Of a DNA stretch of 41,355 nt, positions 1-12,778 are shown piece by piece. Numbering within the stretch: the stretch's first letter is position 1; each line of letters starts with the position of its first letter. The translations under genes and the position numbers were made by a program. This DNA is from Octopus bimaculoides (lineage: Eukaryota). The notes below the pieces were generated by a model. The model searched no databases. It was given only the letters and a program-made list of their open reading frames with translations, and was not told where the DNA came from. The stretch spans positions 67,339,327-67,380,681 of the forward strand of contig NC_068987.1 of NCBI RefSeq assembly GCF_001194135.2, written 5' to 3'.

Positions 1-51
1 TATATATATATATATATATATATATACATACATACATACATACATACACAC

Positions 52-104
<53 letters not shown>

Positions 105-148
105 CTCACACACACGCACACACACACGCACACACACACACACACAAT
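1..148. repeat. Compound microsatellite (TA)n/(TACA)n/(CA)n
   Basis: Read directly; explains ORF 60..326 (YIYI/THTH). Confidence 0.95.
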
Positions 149-151
149 CAT

Positions 152-305
152 ATATATGACAGGCTTACTCAGTTTCTGTCTACGAAGTTCATTCACAAGG
201 CACTGTTCGACTCGGGGCTATAGTAGAAGGCTCTTGTCCAACGTGCCACGATGTACGACTGAGTCCAAAACCACGAGGTGGGAAAGCAATCTACTTAACC
301 ACGCC
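152..305 (-). mobile_element. tRNA-derived SINE family 1, 5' half, degraded
   Basis: Reverse complement aligns by eye to 7411-7540 (ggctatagtagaag, gtgccacg, ctgagtcc, ctacttaaccac). Confidence 0.8.
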
Positions 306-943
306 CAAATACAATATTTCAAGTAATATTCATTACAAATTAACTAAAAATAAAGATACAAATCAGTAGGTTATTGCTATCGAGTCATCGTTATAACTGG
401 GAAAGAAAGAAGCAATAAAATACAGCAGTTAATTTTGTGGTATGGTAGCATGAAAATCATACTTAATTAAAATTAAACTTGCACTGAGGAGAAATACCAT
501 TACTTTGGTTATCTATTCTGGTAAAAAAAAAAAGGTAGGGGAGATAAATCTGAACTTTTAATTAATTGGAATTTGATTTGAAAATTCTATTAGAAATAAT
601 AATTTCTTTATTTGTTATGCAATCAGCATTTGAATTAAGAATCCATTTTCGTTTCCAAGTCAGGATCAGTTAGATCAGAATAAATTTCTTTTGCTAATAA
701 CGCTAACGCTAATGTCTGACGTCATAGAAAGTCACGATGATAAGGTAACGAAGACTACCGAGGACAGAGGTGCTTTGTACACTTTCTCCTCCAGCCAATA
801 TACTTCGCAACAGTTACGTTTTACATGTACTTGGGTGACACCTCTCGGAATAGTGAAATTAATTGTTTCGTTAATTTTCCATTCACAGCTATTATTGTTA
901 TTGCTGATATGTGATAACGAACACAGTTCAGTTTCTACTGATA

Positions 944-1846
944 TACGAAGGGGTGCTCGCAAGGAACCGGAATTTTGTAATATCATTTTTTCCACTTGGT
1001 TTTACTGGTTTACGCTTTTATCGCCTTCAAAGTATTCTCCATTTGAAGCAACGCATCGGTTAAGACGCGTTTTCCACCGTTCGAAGCAGTGCTGAAACCC
1101 TTGCAAAGTGATGCCTTTTAACACCTCCGTCATTGTTTCTTCACCTCTTCCACGTCTGCAAATTCCATTGCACCGGCTTTCGTCACCAGTGATGACCTTC
1201 GAAAAAAGGTCCGGATCAACTTCCAACTGTTCTTTCAGTTCATGACAGCCATTCAGTCGTGGCTGCCTTTGATCTTCCATGAGCAAGTGAAGCTTAAATT
1301 TTGCTGCAATTCTTTTCATTCACAATTCCTCGCTCAAAATTCGTTAACAGGAGCTCCAGGTCACACTAGACATGTCAACAAGTTCGTCAATTGTTCGGCG
1401 ACGGTCATCCAAGATCAGTTCATGAAGTTTCTTGATATTTTCATTCGTTCTGGAGGCCGACGGTCGCCTTGAACGATGTTTGTCTTCAAACGACAAGTGA
1501 ACATTCCTATAGCGTGAAAACCACTCGTAAACTTGTGTTTTGCTCATAGTTGCCTCCCTGTAATCTGTTAGAAGCATAACAACTGTTTCGGCCGCCGTTC
1601 TTCCCGGCAGAAAACAGAATTTCACGGAAGCACATTGTTCCTCAGTTTCTGCCACCGCAAAATTCGACGAACAGGGTAGAAGCACTGCAAAATAAAGAAC
1701 CACCACGTTACAGAACGACACGAATCGACAACGCCGGTCTGCTGACTGATACCTGAGGGTTGCATCAAATTTCTAGCGGTGGAAGCCTGAAATACAACCA
1801 GCTTGTTCCACAGAGAACGTTTCCCGTTACTTTTGGGTACCTCGTA
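944..1846 (-). mobile_element. Internally deleted mariner transposon
   Basis: Degenerate TIRs with TA at each end (TA-CGAAGGGGTGCTCGCAAGGAACCGG vs rc TA-CGAGGTACCCAAAAGTAACGGG); minus-strand mariner transposase peptides inside. Confidence 0.88.
1002..1721 (-). pseudogene. Mariner transposase remnant (HTH region, first catalytic D, C-terminus; middle of catalytic domain deleted)
   Basis: MSKTQVYEWFSRY..EDKHRSRRPS (HTH), DPDLFSKVITGDES, FQHCFERWKTRLNRCVASNGEYFEGD; frameshifts; deletion junction near 1165. Confidence 0.85.
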
Positions 1847-2943
1847 TAAAGGATCAAATACATTTCAACCCGATGTTTGATATATTTAAAACATGATACA
1901 ATGCACCCTTCAGTATGATGAGATTGAAAACTATTCGGTTGTTATAGAATGACTGCCTGAAATTTTCCGAGTTGATTCGTGTCTATTTTCAGGAAAGCAT
2001 GGGTTGTGAAACCTTTACATTGTGCTTCAATGTAAATCATTAAAAAGTGAGGGCCAGACCAATAGAAGATCCCAATGTTACAACATGTGAAGAAGAGCCA
2101 ATCATCTCAACGATGCTCGCCCTATAAGACGAAAGAGCTCAAAACCTACATTTTCCTACTTACCAATAGCACTGAAGTCCTGAACGTAATGAAATATAAA
2201 CGCTATTAAAGAAATCGCCCTCCCACACACACCCAAGTGTGTGTACGTATCTTTTAATCTCCCTCTCCTTTCTTGTTATCTGTCTATCTATCTAACTAAC
2301 TATCTATCTATATACATAATACATACACAAGTACATATGAATGTGTTCTTGTGTTTTCACGTGTGATACCCGTTTAAAAAAGTAAAGCCACGATTTGAAG
2401 CAAGTTACTCAATAATAAATGTTAGATATATGTCTATATTGAAGACATATTGCAATATTGATGACGGGCCATAGAAAACTAGCCACATTTCTTTCGATTT
2501 TCGATGTGATCAATGTTACCATTGTCCTCCTCTTCCTCCTCCTCCTCCTCCTCCTCCNNNNNNNNNNNNNNNNNNNNNNNNNNNNNNNNNNNNNNNNNNN
2601 NNNNNNNNNNNNNNNNNNNNNNNNNNNNNNNNNNNNNNNNNNNNNNNNNNNNNNNNNNNNNNNNNNNNNNNNNNNNNNNNNNNNNNNNNNNNNNNNNNNN
2701 NNNNNNNNNNNNNNNNNNNNNNNNNNNNNNNNNNNNNNNNNNNNNNNNNNNNNNNNNNNNNNNNNNNNNNNNNTCGTCGTCGTCGTCATCATCATCATAT
2801 ACCTTTACACACATTTATGTGCATGTGCTTATGTATGTAGACACACATACACACACACGCAAACACATCTTTCTCCAGGGTTGACTGCCTATGTTTCAGT
2901 TACATTCGTGAATCGTCTTTTTGTGTATCTTTACGTTTGCGCA

Positions 2944-2945
<2 letters not shown>

Positions 2946-3000
<55 letters not shown>

Positions 3001-3186
3001 GTGAGGGAGAGAGAGCGAGAGAGATAGGGAGCAAGAGAGAGAGAATGAGAGAGAGATGCGGAGTGAGAGGGTGAGTAAGAGAGAGGGAGAGGATGAGTAA
3101 GAGAGAGAGAGGGAGAGATATATGGGGAGCGAGAGAAGAGAGAAAGAGAGAGAGATAGGGGAGTAAGAGAGTGAGAGAGACAGAGA
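2946..3186. repeat. (GT)n followed by degenerate (GA)n
   Basis: Read directly. Confidence 0.95.
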
Positions 3187-3856
3187 GTTTTAAGATATAC
3201 GCAACTTTTCGAATAAATAGAAGTATGTAACTTTTATGACTTTACGAATAGTATTAACAGCTACAGGGAAACAAATTTGTTACAAATGTGAATCGAAAAT
3301 CTCAAATAAACTCCTTGTTTCACACGCTCATCGCTTCCTGTATGGCAATCCCATTACATTATATGCAAGAATCCTTACTTAATCGAATGACCTTCTAGAA
3401 ATAACAGTCAAATTTCCCCCCACATTATACCTCACCGTCTTTAAAAACTTGGCATATAATGTGTTCCTTGACACGATGTTAGAAATTGTGAAGATGTACA
3501 TGACACCTTTAGTCTCTGCTCTGACAGAGGTGACCTGGGGTTAAGAAAATGGTGGTTTGGATGTTTTTGTTGTTGCTATATCGATTTTAAATGTTGCCAG
3601 AGCACCAATGTGTCAAGTCTCTGAAAGAACATTGATCAAAACATCTAATATACATATAATTCTGTTCACCTAGCGTTATAAACAGCACGAAAGATCCCTT
3701 ACGTGGACCCTCAAAAGTTTAGAAACAATAGCCAAAGTTCCTTCAAATCATATTTTATTGCAGAACAGCATATTTGCCCAAATAATGATAAAGTGATAAA
3801 AGAAGGAATGTTTACTGGTGAAAGGCATTTCATAGTAGATCAAATCAATCTGGACA

Positions 3857-3908
3857 CTACTACTACTACTACTACTACTACTTGCTGCTGCTGCTGCTGC
3901 TGCTGCTG

Positions 3909-3960
<52 letters not shown>

Positions 3961-3970
3961 CACTACTACT

Positions 3971-4030
<60 letters not shown>
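3857..4030. repeat. Compound trinucleotide microsatellite (CTA)n-(CTG)n-(CTA)n
   Basis: Read directly; source of the poly-T/C/Y/L/V ORFs. Confidence 0.95.
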
Positions 4031-4031
<1 letters not shown>

Positions 4032-5207
4032 TTGCTCTCCGGACCGGGACCAGAACTGGGACATGTATGAGGATGTATATCTGTGCATGTGTGCGTATGA
4101 ACGTGTTTATGTGAGGGTTGGGGTAGGTAGGTTTTTGTTTGTGTGTGTGCGCGTATATGCGCACCGACCAAGTTTCAGGTGAACACCATCAAGTACAGAT
4201 ATTTACCAATCAGCCCAGTTGTAATATTGTAATATTGTCAGCCCTGCTTAAAATCTATTACAACTTCCATTAGTATATTCGAAGGGGCGATAGAAATGTC
4301 TTCATTTTCTGTTTCATTACCATTTTTAACGAATATGTCTAAGTGTGGGTGAGTCATAGATTGTAGTGCGTGTTTGTATGGATGTGTCGCATTGACAGCG
4401 CTAGGAGTCGATATTGATGGGATTTCAATGTACTCCGAACTTTTTTCTCATTTCTCTTGCCGTGTGAGTCCCACATACTAACCTATTGGATGTTGATCAG
4501 ATTGGCACGCTATCAAATCGATTCCGCCACTTGACTTGCACGTTACTCTAACGACTACAGTTAGCTCAAATGCAAATTTCTTTACTACAAGATATTAAAT
4601 TATAATGACGAGAGCTAGAACAAACACGGCAAGGCATTTACCACCATTCTAACGTTTCTGAAAATCCACCGTTCATGAGGGCAAAAATTCAAAATTGGCA
4701 AATATATCTTTGTCTCACGCAACTAAGTTCAAATACTCCTCTAATTATAGACAAGCTACTATACATACCACAAATGCTACGCTTTTTCCTGGCATTCGCG
4801 AGTAGTCTCTCTCTGACCATTCAGAAAGGGATTACTTGTTGGTGATACAGTTGACACCAGAATTTCTCCGGCCGAATATCTTGTAATGAATTCTTATTAC
4901 TTTTTCAATGTTTCTATAATGTGTTGATCAAAACACCGCATCTAGAACAAAGGCGATGATTTGTAGACTACATGGTGCCAAAGCTGTCTGGGTCATACAA
5001 TCTAAAGCACACAGACAAGAAATACAATGCAGCACTGTTTAAGTTATACGATCTGCCGGTCTTGCAGCGAGTTAGCCCGTCAGTATATCGATTCGGTTAT
5101 ATCTGATCATTATTGAAATATGTTTAAAGAGAAAATTCAAAGAGACAACGAATCAGATTAAGATACAGATAGACGGACAGCCAGACAGAAAGTAGATCAC
5201 GCATAAT

Positions 5208-5279
5208 ATGCACACACAAACACACGCACACAAAAACACACACACATATACACATATGTGTGTTTGTGTGGGTGTGTGC

Positions 5280-5317
<38 letters not shown>

Positions 5318-5575
5318 NNNNNNNNNNNNNNNNNNNNNNNNNNNNNNNNNNNNNNNNNNNNNNNNNNNNNNNNNNNNNNNNNNNNNNNNNNNNNNNNNNN
5401 NNNNNNNNNNNNNNNNNNNNNNNNNNNNNNNNNNNNNNNNNNNNNNNNNNNNNNNNNNNNNNNNNNNNNNNNNNNNNNTATATATATATATATATATATA
5501 TTAATATATGTGTGTATCTGCATATATGTACAAGAGGATGTATATATATATATGCACTCACGTAAACACACACAA

Positions 5576-5617
<42 letters not shown>

Positions 5618-5700
5618 GTTTATGTCTATTTATATATATATGCATATATGTATATACATATATATGTATATATGTATGTATGTATGTATGTACACTCATA
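5208..5700. repeat. Compound CA/TA/TATG microsatellite region containing an assembly gap
   Basis: Read directly; Ns 5318-5478. Confidence 0.9.
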
Positions 5701-6806
5701 CATACCCACATTTTAACATATACATGAATAATCACTTGAAAAGGGTAAATGAATATTTCACTGCCGTTACTATTGAAAGCCAACGACAGTAGTAACAGCT
5801 TAGATTTATGTTTAACAGGTTAATTTTGGTAAACTCTATAAACTCCATGACAAAAGATTCAAGCGTGATGGCAATCGATCAATAAACTCTGATGAGAGCG
5901 GTTTCAATGTCAGTTATTATCACTTAGAACACACACACACACACACATACACCTTCACACATGCACACAGACACCCACGCATATATACATAAATATAGTT
6001 ATATATTTATATGTATATATGTATGTGCGTGTGCGTGTGTGCATGTATGTGTATGTATGCGGGTGAAATGAGAGAAGAATATGTATATATATGCACATAT
6101 ATATGAATATATATATATATATATAAAATCAAAATAAGCAACGGGATATCAAGAAATTATGCAGTACGACCGTTTCAAGCGGTTCCATTTAATTGAACAA
6201 TGCAGGAATAGATATAATTTTAATCAGTCGGACATATTAATATAATTTTACTCAAAAACTTTCACGGAGTAAAAAGATGGGAGAAATCCATGTTTTCGCT
6301 GTTGTAGCTAAGAATATACGTCGAAGAAAGGCATGAAGTTTACTGGGGTCATAGCTTGTAAAGGATTGTGGTTAATTTCTAATTTATTTGTCTTTTATCA
6401 ACTACTAAATTTAAGACTAGAGGACTGTATCTATTTAGAACGAAGGGCAAGAGTAAGTTGATAGTTCATAGCTAGGTATGGTCATAAATATTGTCAGGAT
6501 ATTAGGAGTAGTAAATTGGGTATAAAGTAACTGTCCATAAAGGAGGCTGGGTAGGAGAAGACCCTAAATCCTGATATTAATTACCAGTTATATCCTTATA
6601 TATATATATATATATATATNNNNNNNNNNNNNNNNNNNNNNNNNNNNNNNNNNNNNNNNNNNNNNNNNNNNNNNNNNNNNNNNNNNNNNNNNNNNNNNNN
6701 NNNNNNNNNNNNNNNNNNNNNNNNNNNNNNNNNNNNNNNNNNNNNNNNNNNNNNNNNNNNNNNNNNNNNNNNNNNNNNNNNNNNNNNNNNNNNNNNNNNN
6801 NNNNNN

Positions 6807-6846
<40 letters not shown>

Positions 6847-7404
6847 ATTAATATATCTATATATGTATGCATGCATGCATGCGAATGTGTTTATATGCAT
6901 GTGACTGTGTGTATATATTCATGGTATGTGGAATAGTCATTGCTGCAAAATAGGTAATAGATGAGATGGGATTGTACTGCTTCAGTAGTGATTGGCAAAC
7001 CACCCAATGGTCCGAAAACGATTGCCTTTTAAGTGGGCTAACCCGAGAAAGCTTGCTGAATGGAAAACGCACACATACCCCCTCATACACTCCCCTACTC
7101 ACATATGGAATTGAATATGCTTGCCAATATTGAAAAGTGTAAAAATTTCACTAGTTACTAGGACCTCTTCCTAATGATTAATTATTGTAACCTGTCTTAG
7201 CATTGGATTTTTAGTACTGAAGATATTTCGAACGACTCGCTTTCGACTGTTTTTCAAAGTCAATCCTATTTAATCATTACATAACGTAGTTGTGGAAGAA
7301 ATAAAGCATTCGTGGCATATGCTTCTTGTGCAGAAGAAGAATGATGTTGGGGGATATAACAGGCTTCTTTCCCCAATCATCGTTAATCAAAGCGTGGACA
7401 TATA

Positions 7405-7757
7405 GGCACAGGAGTGGCTGTGTGGTAAGTAGCTTGCTTACCAACCACATGGTTCTGGGTTCAGTCCCATTGCGTGGCACCTTGGGCAAGTGTTATCTTC
7501 TACTATAGCCTAGGGCCGACCAAAGCCTTGTGAGTGGATATATATATATATATATATATGCTTGTGTGTCCCCCCCACCATCGTTTGTCAATCGATATTA
7601 GTGTGTTTACGTCCCCGTAACTTAGCGGTTCGGCTAAAAGAGACCGATAGAATAAGTAATAGGTTTACAAAGAAGTCCTGGGGTCGATTTGTTCGACTAA
7701 AGGTGGTGCTCTAGCATGGCCGCAGTCAAATGACTGAAACAATTGAAAGAAAAAAAA
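7405..7757 (+). mobile_element. tRNA-derived SINE family 1, near full length, internal (TA)n
   Basis: Pol III A-box-like TGGCTGTGTGGTAAG and B-box-like GGTTCAGTCCC; body ggcaccttgggcaagtg; 3' end ggtggtgctctagcatggccgcagtcaaatgactgaaac then an A-rich tail. Confidence 0.88.
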
Positions 7758-7910
7758 TTGAAATACTATATAAAAGAGACATAATTTAGCTTATCAGCAC
7801 AGTGGATAACATAATTTGCATATGAGCTTTGACGGCTTGTCACTATTTATCAACAGTGTTTATCCTATGCACAACTCTGCGTACATCTGAACTAAACTAA
7901 ATTTAGATAT

Positions 7911-8129
7911 TGGTTTCAAATGTTGGCTCAAAGTGAGCAGTTTTCGGGAAGGGGTTGAGAAGATTACATCGACCTTCAGGGTTAAACTGATATTTATCTT
8001 ATCAACTCCGAATAGATGAAAGGAAAAAGTCGACCTCGGCAGAATTTAAACTCAAAACGTGAAGACGGACGAAATGCTGCTTAGCATTTTGCCCGGCGTA
8101 CTAACGATTCTGCCAAATTGTCGCCTTAA
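7911..8129 (-). mobile_element. tRNA-derived SINE family 2 (~210 bp)
   Basis: On minus: head ggcgacaatttggcagaatcgttag, B-box-like gagtttaaattc, central gtcgactttttcctttcatc; about ten homologous copies in the window. Confidence 0.85.
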
Positions 8130-8145
8130 AATAAATTTAAATATT

Positions 8146-8360
8146 AGTTTTAAATTTTGGCACAAGGCCAGCAAGTTCGAGGAAGCGGGTAACTCTATTA
8201 CATCGACCCCAGTGCTCAACCAGTACTTATTCTATCGACTCTGAAAAGATAAAAGGCACAGATGACCTCAACAGTATTTGAACTCAGAACGAAAAGAGAC
8301 ATTGCTAACGATAAGCATTTTTCCCTACATGCTAACGATTCTGTCAGCTCGCCACCTTAA
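8146..8360 (-). mobile_element. SINE family 2, tandem partner of 7911-8129
   Basis: ttttggcacaaggccagc...acatcgaccccagtgctcaac...ctaacgattctgtcagctcgccaccttaa. Confidence 0.85.
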
Positions 8361-8418
8361 AATAAATTCAAGTATTATGAAACCAAATTGTGGGTGAAAT
8401 TAGCACAAGAATGCATAC

Positions 8419-8505
8419 TTTCTGTGCTTTTGCGGATAAAAGAGATGGCGAAGTCTTCTGATGGACCGATTTATGGTTTATTAACCGCTTCCCTTTTCTC
8501 CGCAC
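8419..8505 (-). other. Candidate internal exon (87 nt, phase 0-0; VRRKGKRLINHKSVHQKTSPSLLSAKAQK)
   Basis: Acceptor ctttatatttatccttttcAG, donor GTATGC, one open frame; no homology recognised. Confidence 0.2.
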
Positions 8506-8685
8506 CTGAAAAGGATAAATATAAAGTATTCACATTCTTATTTCACCTACTATTAAGTTTCCCAATTTTTGAACATTGAATATTGAATGCTGTGGTTAGA
8601 ATAGATATTGTTCAGACCAATTTACTTCAGAGTTTGAAGTAAGGCTCCTTGAGCTGCTGCACATTTTCTAATTTTAACTTTTGCC

Positions 8686-8688
<3 letters not shown>

Positions 8689-8758
<70 letters not shown>
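8689..8758. repeat. (TA)n microsatellite
   Basis: Read directly. Confidence 0.95.
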
Positions 8759-8763
<5 letters not shown>

Positions 8764-8896
8764 CAGACAGCCCTAGAAATCCGTTAAAGTACTTGCTTAG
8801 CGTACCTAGAGGTTTAGATCAACCTGTGAACTAAACCCATATATTACGTATATATGTGTATGTGTGCGTCTGTGTGTGTGTGTATGTGTGTGTGTG

Positions 8897-11748
8897 TTCT
8901 CTTTTGTTTCCAATTCTTCAAATTCTTCTGAGGAAAGAGCTGGTTTCTAACAAAGATGCAAAGCCCCCTCGTTGGATAGGAGATAACAACAAAAACGATG
9001 TTACGCTTTAAACTTGAGAAAAGTCTTACATTTTTTTACTGTCTCACTACAAATTGTATTTGTAATATGCGATTTAGTCAGTTCTTTCTTTTATTGAAAA
9101 CCCTAGCTTATCCAGATTGACACTTAATCATTTGATCACAAAAACAAGTGCATCAATTATTATTCGTAAAAATGGGAATTTCTAATCTGTATATAGATGC
9201 TGAAGGTTTCGAAGCATTTATCCATAATTATCTTCCTTCTCTTTGATTTTCAAAGAGATATTCACATCTGCAGGACAGCTGACCTCTGTGACGGTACACA
9301 CTTTTTCTTATCTGTCAAGTGCAAACATAACAGGATGGATATTGCTGTTTGGGATAGACGTTTTGATGGAAATGTTCCTCCAGTAGTTCTTGTGTTGATG
9401 TTTGTATATGTATTCAGTAACAGGGAAATTCTCTATCTATTCGAGTACTTTTTTCCCCGAATGGTATCCTGTATTGTTTTTGCGACACTGTCGTGTTGCG
9501 TAGCGAAGAAATACCTTGATGATAATTTTGAGCTGCTGCTAATTACTTGTGTGATATCTTCCACAGAAATATAACATAATCTACATTTTCGGTTGCATCC
9601 TGGAGCTCCAAAGACTTCACTCTCTTTTGTTTATTACATATTTTGTAGCCATCAACTGTTCTTGGATTACAAGAAGTGTGATGCGATGTAGCGGTTCCAT
9701 GTCTTCACACCTTTGGGAAACATAGCTTTACATGGTCTTTTCTAAAGGCATGCTGAATGTTTCACATCCAGACTTTCGTTCGGGTATGTTAGCCCGGCCG
9801 TTTTGGGATTGTATGGAAGATCATCAAGAAGCGAGTGCTTCCTGGTAACTCACTATCGATATATAGGATATTGTTCTCTTCACTTTTCAGCACCAAATTA
9901 TTATATTTATTTTTGGTTCTGTTGTTTAGCAAGTGCTGTTTGAGAGAGACACTGATCTCCAGCCTCAACCTTCTTAATCTATTCTTATGTAGAGCCTGTA
10001 GATATCACTATTGCTCTTAAAATTTCCAATTGACGTCAGTGTCTTGCGGGTTTTAACATCTATGAAGAGAATTTCTTCCACAGATCAATCAAATATCCCA
10101 AATGTCGGAATCAGTACTCCTACTGCAAATACATTGTGGGATATTGTTTTGTAAAAAGAGAGTTCTAACTGCCATGTATTTCTAAGTTTAGCATAATTAT
10201 CTAGGCACATTCTATCTTTGTTCACAGTACCTTCGTATGATATGCTTTCATCAATGCCAAGGTACTTGTATCATTCTTTGTGTGGGACACGAGAGATAGT
10301 GAGATCATTGATTCATAGGTTCTGGGACTGGGGGACTGATTTTCAACATTTAACAATCAAATATGAACATTTCTTTTGGCAAATTCCATTCCTATGTCAG
10401 CTGAAAATGTTAATGATTCCAGCTGTTTCTTGACATTGTTAACATTTCTAACATAAATCTTGAGGTCATCTACATAGAAATTATGGGTTAAATCAATATC
10501 TCTCCTTTAACAAGAATGATAATGGATTTAATGCCAAAAAGAACAGAATTACAGAAAGACTATCTCCTTGGAATATTCCCTTTGAAATATTTATGACATT
10601 AAAGACGATCGTTCCGCTCTCAGTTCTAAGCCTAAGAATTGTTTCTTAAGTCTCTGTGAGCCTTTTAATTGCAGCAATTAACGTAGCAGGCACTTTTGCC
10701 AAACGTAAATACTTCAGCAGCCATGAATTGGGAATAGAATCAAATGCCTTCCTATAATGAAGCCATACTTTTGCAAGACTCCTACAAAGTTTTATCATTT
10801 TCTACAATATAGCTTTATTTATCAAAAACTGTTCGGTACATTCCCACATTCTTTTCTTTCCACCGGCCACTCCATCAGCCACTATGTTCTTGAACTCACA
10901 ATGATTCTGGAAGAATTGTTTGAGGTATCTTGTCCACAGTTTGTACATAATGTTTAGGGTAACAATGAGGCTACCAACTCGGTGGTTTCACTCTTGGCTA
11001 CAAGACTGGTCTGCGTTTTAATGATCCTATTTGTATGTCAACCTGAACTTCCATAATGCTTTTTAGTATACATATTCGTGGTTTCTTCTAAAAAGTCAGA
11101 TTCTTGTACCAGTATCGAATTTTTAGGTCCCTTCCAGCTGCCTTCTCATTATGCAGTTTAGCTAAACATTTGGTGAAAATCAATTGCATATGTTTTACTG
11201 TTGATATTGGTATAGTATTCTCTCCTTACTCCATTTAGCCACGATGCATTAAGGCTGAAATCACTCTTTTCGTTCTAAATTTTCGACCAGAATGATTCAA
11301 CCGGAATGATTAAACCAGAATGATTCTCGAGAGGGAAATTTCTTAAGAGTAGCATTTCTATTCCTCAACTTTTTGTATAATGTCTGTGTGGCAAAAGCAA
11401 AGTTATAATTTATACAGGTTCGTTCAAACATTCGCCTCCGGTAATGAAGAATTTCGCTCAGCAACCTGAATTCGTGTTTTAGAGTAATTAAACTTTCCTC
11501 GAGAGTTTGGTGTGAAGATCTACTATAAAGCTTTGTTAATTTATTCATAAGGTGTAACTGAGGATGTGTAAAAACATTCGTTCTCTTTCATTTTATTATC
11601 GTGGTTAGTGTTCCAATATGGCGGCGCAGATTACTGATTTTTTCAAGTTTAGGCTGAAGGAGCTGACATAAATGTTGAAGAAAACTTTCGAAAATAAATT
11701 TCAAACGTCCTCTTCGGTTACTTGACTGATGTTGGCGCATTCTTTGTA
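8897..11748 (-). mobile_element. RLE-type non-LTR retrotransposon, family A (R4/Dong-like), 5'-truncated and heavily decayed
   Basis: Manual minus-strand translation: pre-RT region (KLEKISNLRRHIG..; ORF 11297-11548), RYWYKNLT, a QGDSLS motif, HNFYVDDLK (YVDD 10465-10476), YKYLGIDE, HNVFAVGVLIPTFG, degenerate CCHC knuckle (CRLCYISVEDITQV), RLE (DR*EKVCTVTEVSCPADVNISLKIKEK), short 3' UTR; many stops. Confidence 0.92.
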
Positions 11749-11861
11749 TTATGTATGTATGTATGTATGTATGTATGTATGTATGTATGTATGTATGTAT
11801 GCGTATAGTATATATATATATAAATGTGTGCGTAGTGTATATATATATATATATATATATA
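11749..11861. repeat. (TATG)n then (TA)n, abutting the 5' junction of the family A element
   Basis: Read directly. Confidence 0.95.
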
Positions 11862-12395
11862 NNNNNNNNNNNNNNNNNNNNNNNNNNNNNNNNNNNNNNN
11901 NNNNNNNNNNNNNNNNNNNNNNNNNNNNNNNNNNNNNNNNNNNNNNNNNNNNNNNNNNNNNNNNNNNNNNNNNNNNNNNNNNNNNNNNNNNNNNNNNNNN
12001 NNNNNNNNNNNNNNNNNNNNNNNNNNNNNNNNNNNNNNNNNNNNNNNNNNNNNNNNNNNNNNNNNNNNNNNNNNNNNNNNNNNNNNNNNNNNNNNNNNNN
12101 NNNNNNNNNNNNNNNNNNNNNNNNNNNNNNNNNNNNNNNNNNNNNNNNNNNNNNNNNNNNNNNNNNNNNNNNNNNNNNNNNNNNNNNNNNNNNNNNNNNN
12201 NNNNNNNNNNNNNNNNNNNNNNNNNNNNNNNNNNNNNNNNNNNNNNNNNNNNNNNNNNNNNNNNNNNNNNNNNNNNNNNNNNNNNNNNNNNNNNNNNNNN
12301 NNNNNNNNNNNNNNNNNNNNNNNNNNNNNNNNNNNNNNNNNNNNNNNNNNNNNNNNNNNNNNNNNNNNNNNNNNNNNNNNNNNNNNNNNNNNNNN

Positions 12396-12424
<29 letters not shown>

Positions 12425-12426
<2 letters not shown>

Positions 12427-12660
12427 GAGAATGTACGAAAAAAACCCCAAAAAACATCAACAGACGAGGACAGGTGGTGTAATCAACAAAAGGATGTATT
12501 AGACTTTCTGTATTCCCAAGCGTCAAACTTATATATATGTATATGGAGTTAAACGCAGGTGTTATTCAAATTCGTTTACTTCCGACACATGTTTCGAAGA
12601 TATAATTGGTATTATTCAAAAGGAATAAAATGAGGAAATGAGGAAATAAAACTCGTCAAT
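12425..12660 (-). mobile_element. Penelope-like-element-related remnant with a degenerate hammerhead-like motif
   Basis: Minus strand 12575-12628 reads TTATTCC-ttttga...tatcttc-GAAAC-ATGT-GTC-GGAAGTAA, resembling a minimal type I hammerhead with a decayed CUGA core. Confidence 0.35.
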
Positions 12661-12778
12661 AAGACATTTTTACTTGTGTGATATTTTACTACCCTAGTAA
12701 CTATTTATATAGTTGTTTCCGTGTTAACTGTAAACAAAGGGAAAATACACACATCTTTTTATATATATATATACATAC

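Noticed and set aside
3772-3825. Possible plus-strand micro-exon after ttttattgcAG
   Set aside because: Weak donor and no supporting context.
4340-4580. TGAGTCA, GATTGG and ATGCAAAT motifs as a promoter (also TGACGTCA near 716)
   Set aside because: Short motifs expected by chance; no linked transcript or RNA gene.
6160-6215. Minus-strand GAAAC-GGTC-GTA hammerhead-like half
   Set aside because: No recognisable CUGANGA core or stem I pairing.
7405-7480. tRNA gene
   Set aside because: A/B-box-like motifs only; no cloverleaf is evident and it continues into a SINE body.
9197-10957. Plus-strand ORFs of 61-125 aa
   Set aside because: They are antisense to the family A retrotransposon.
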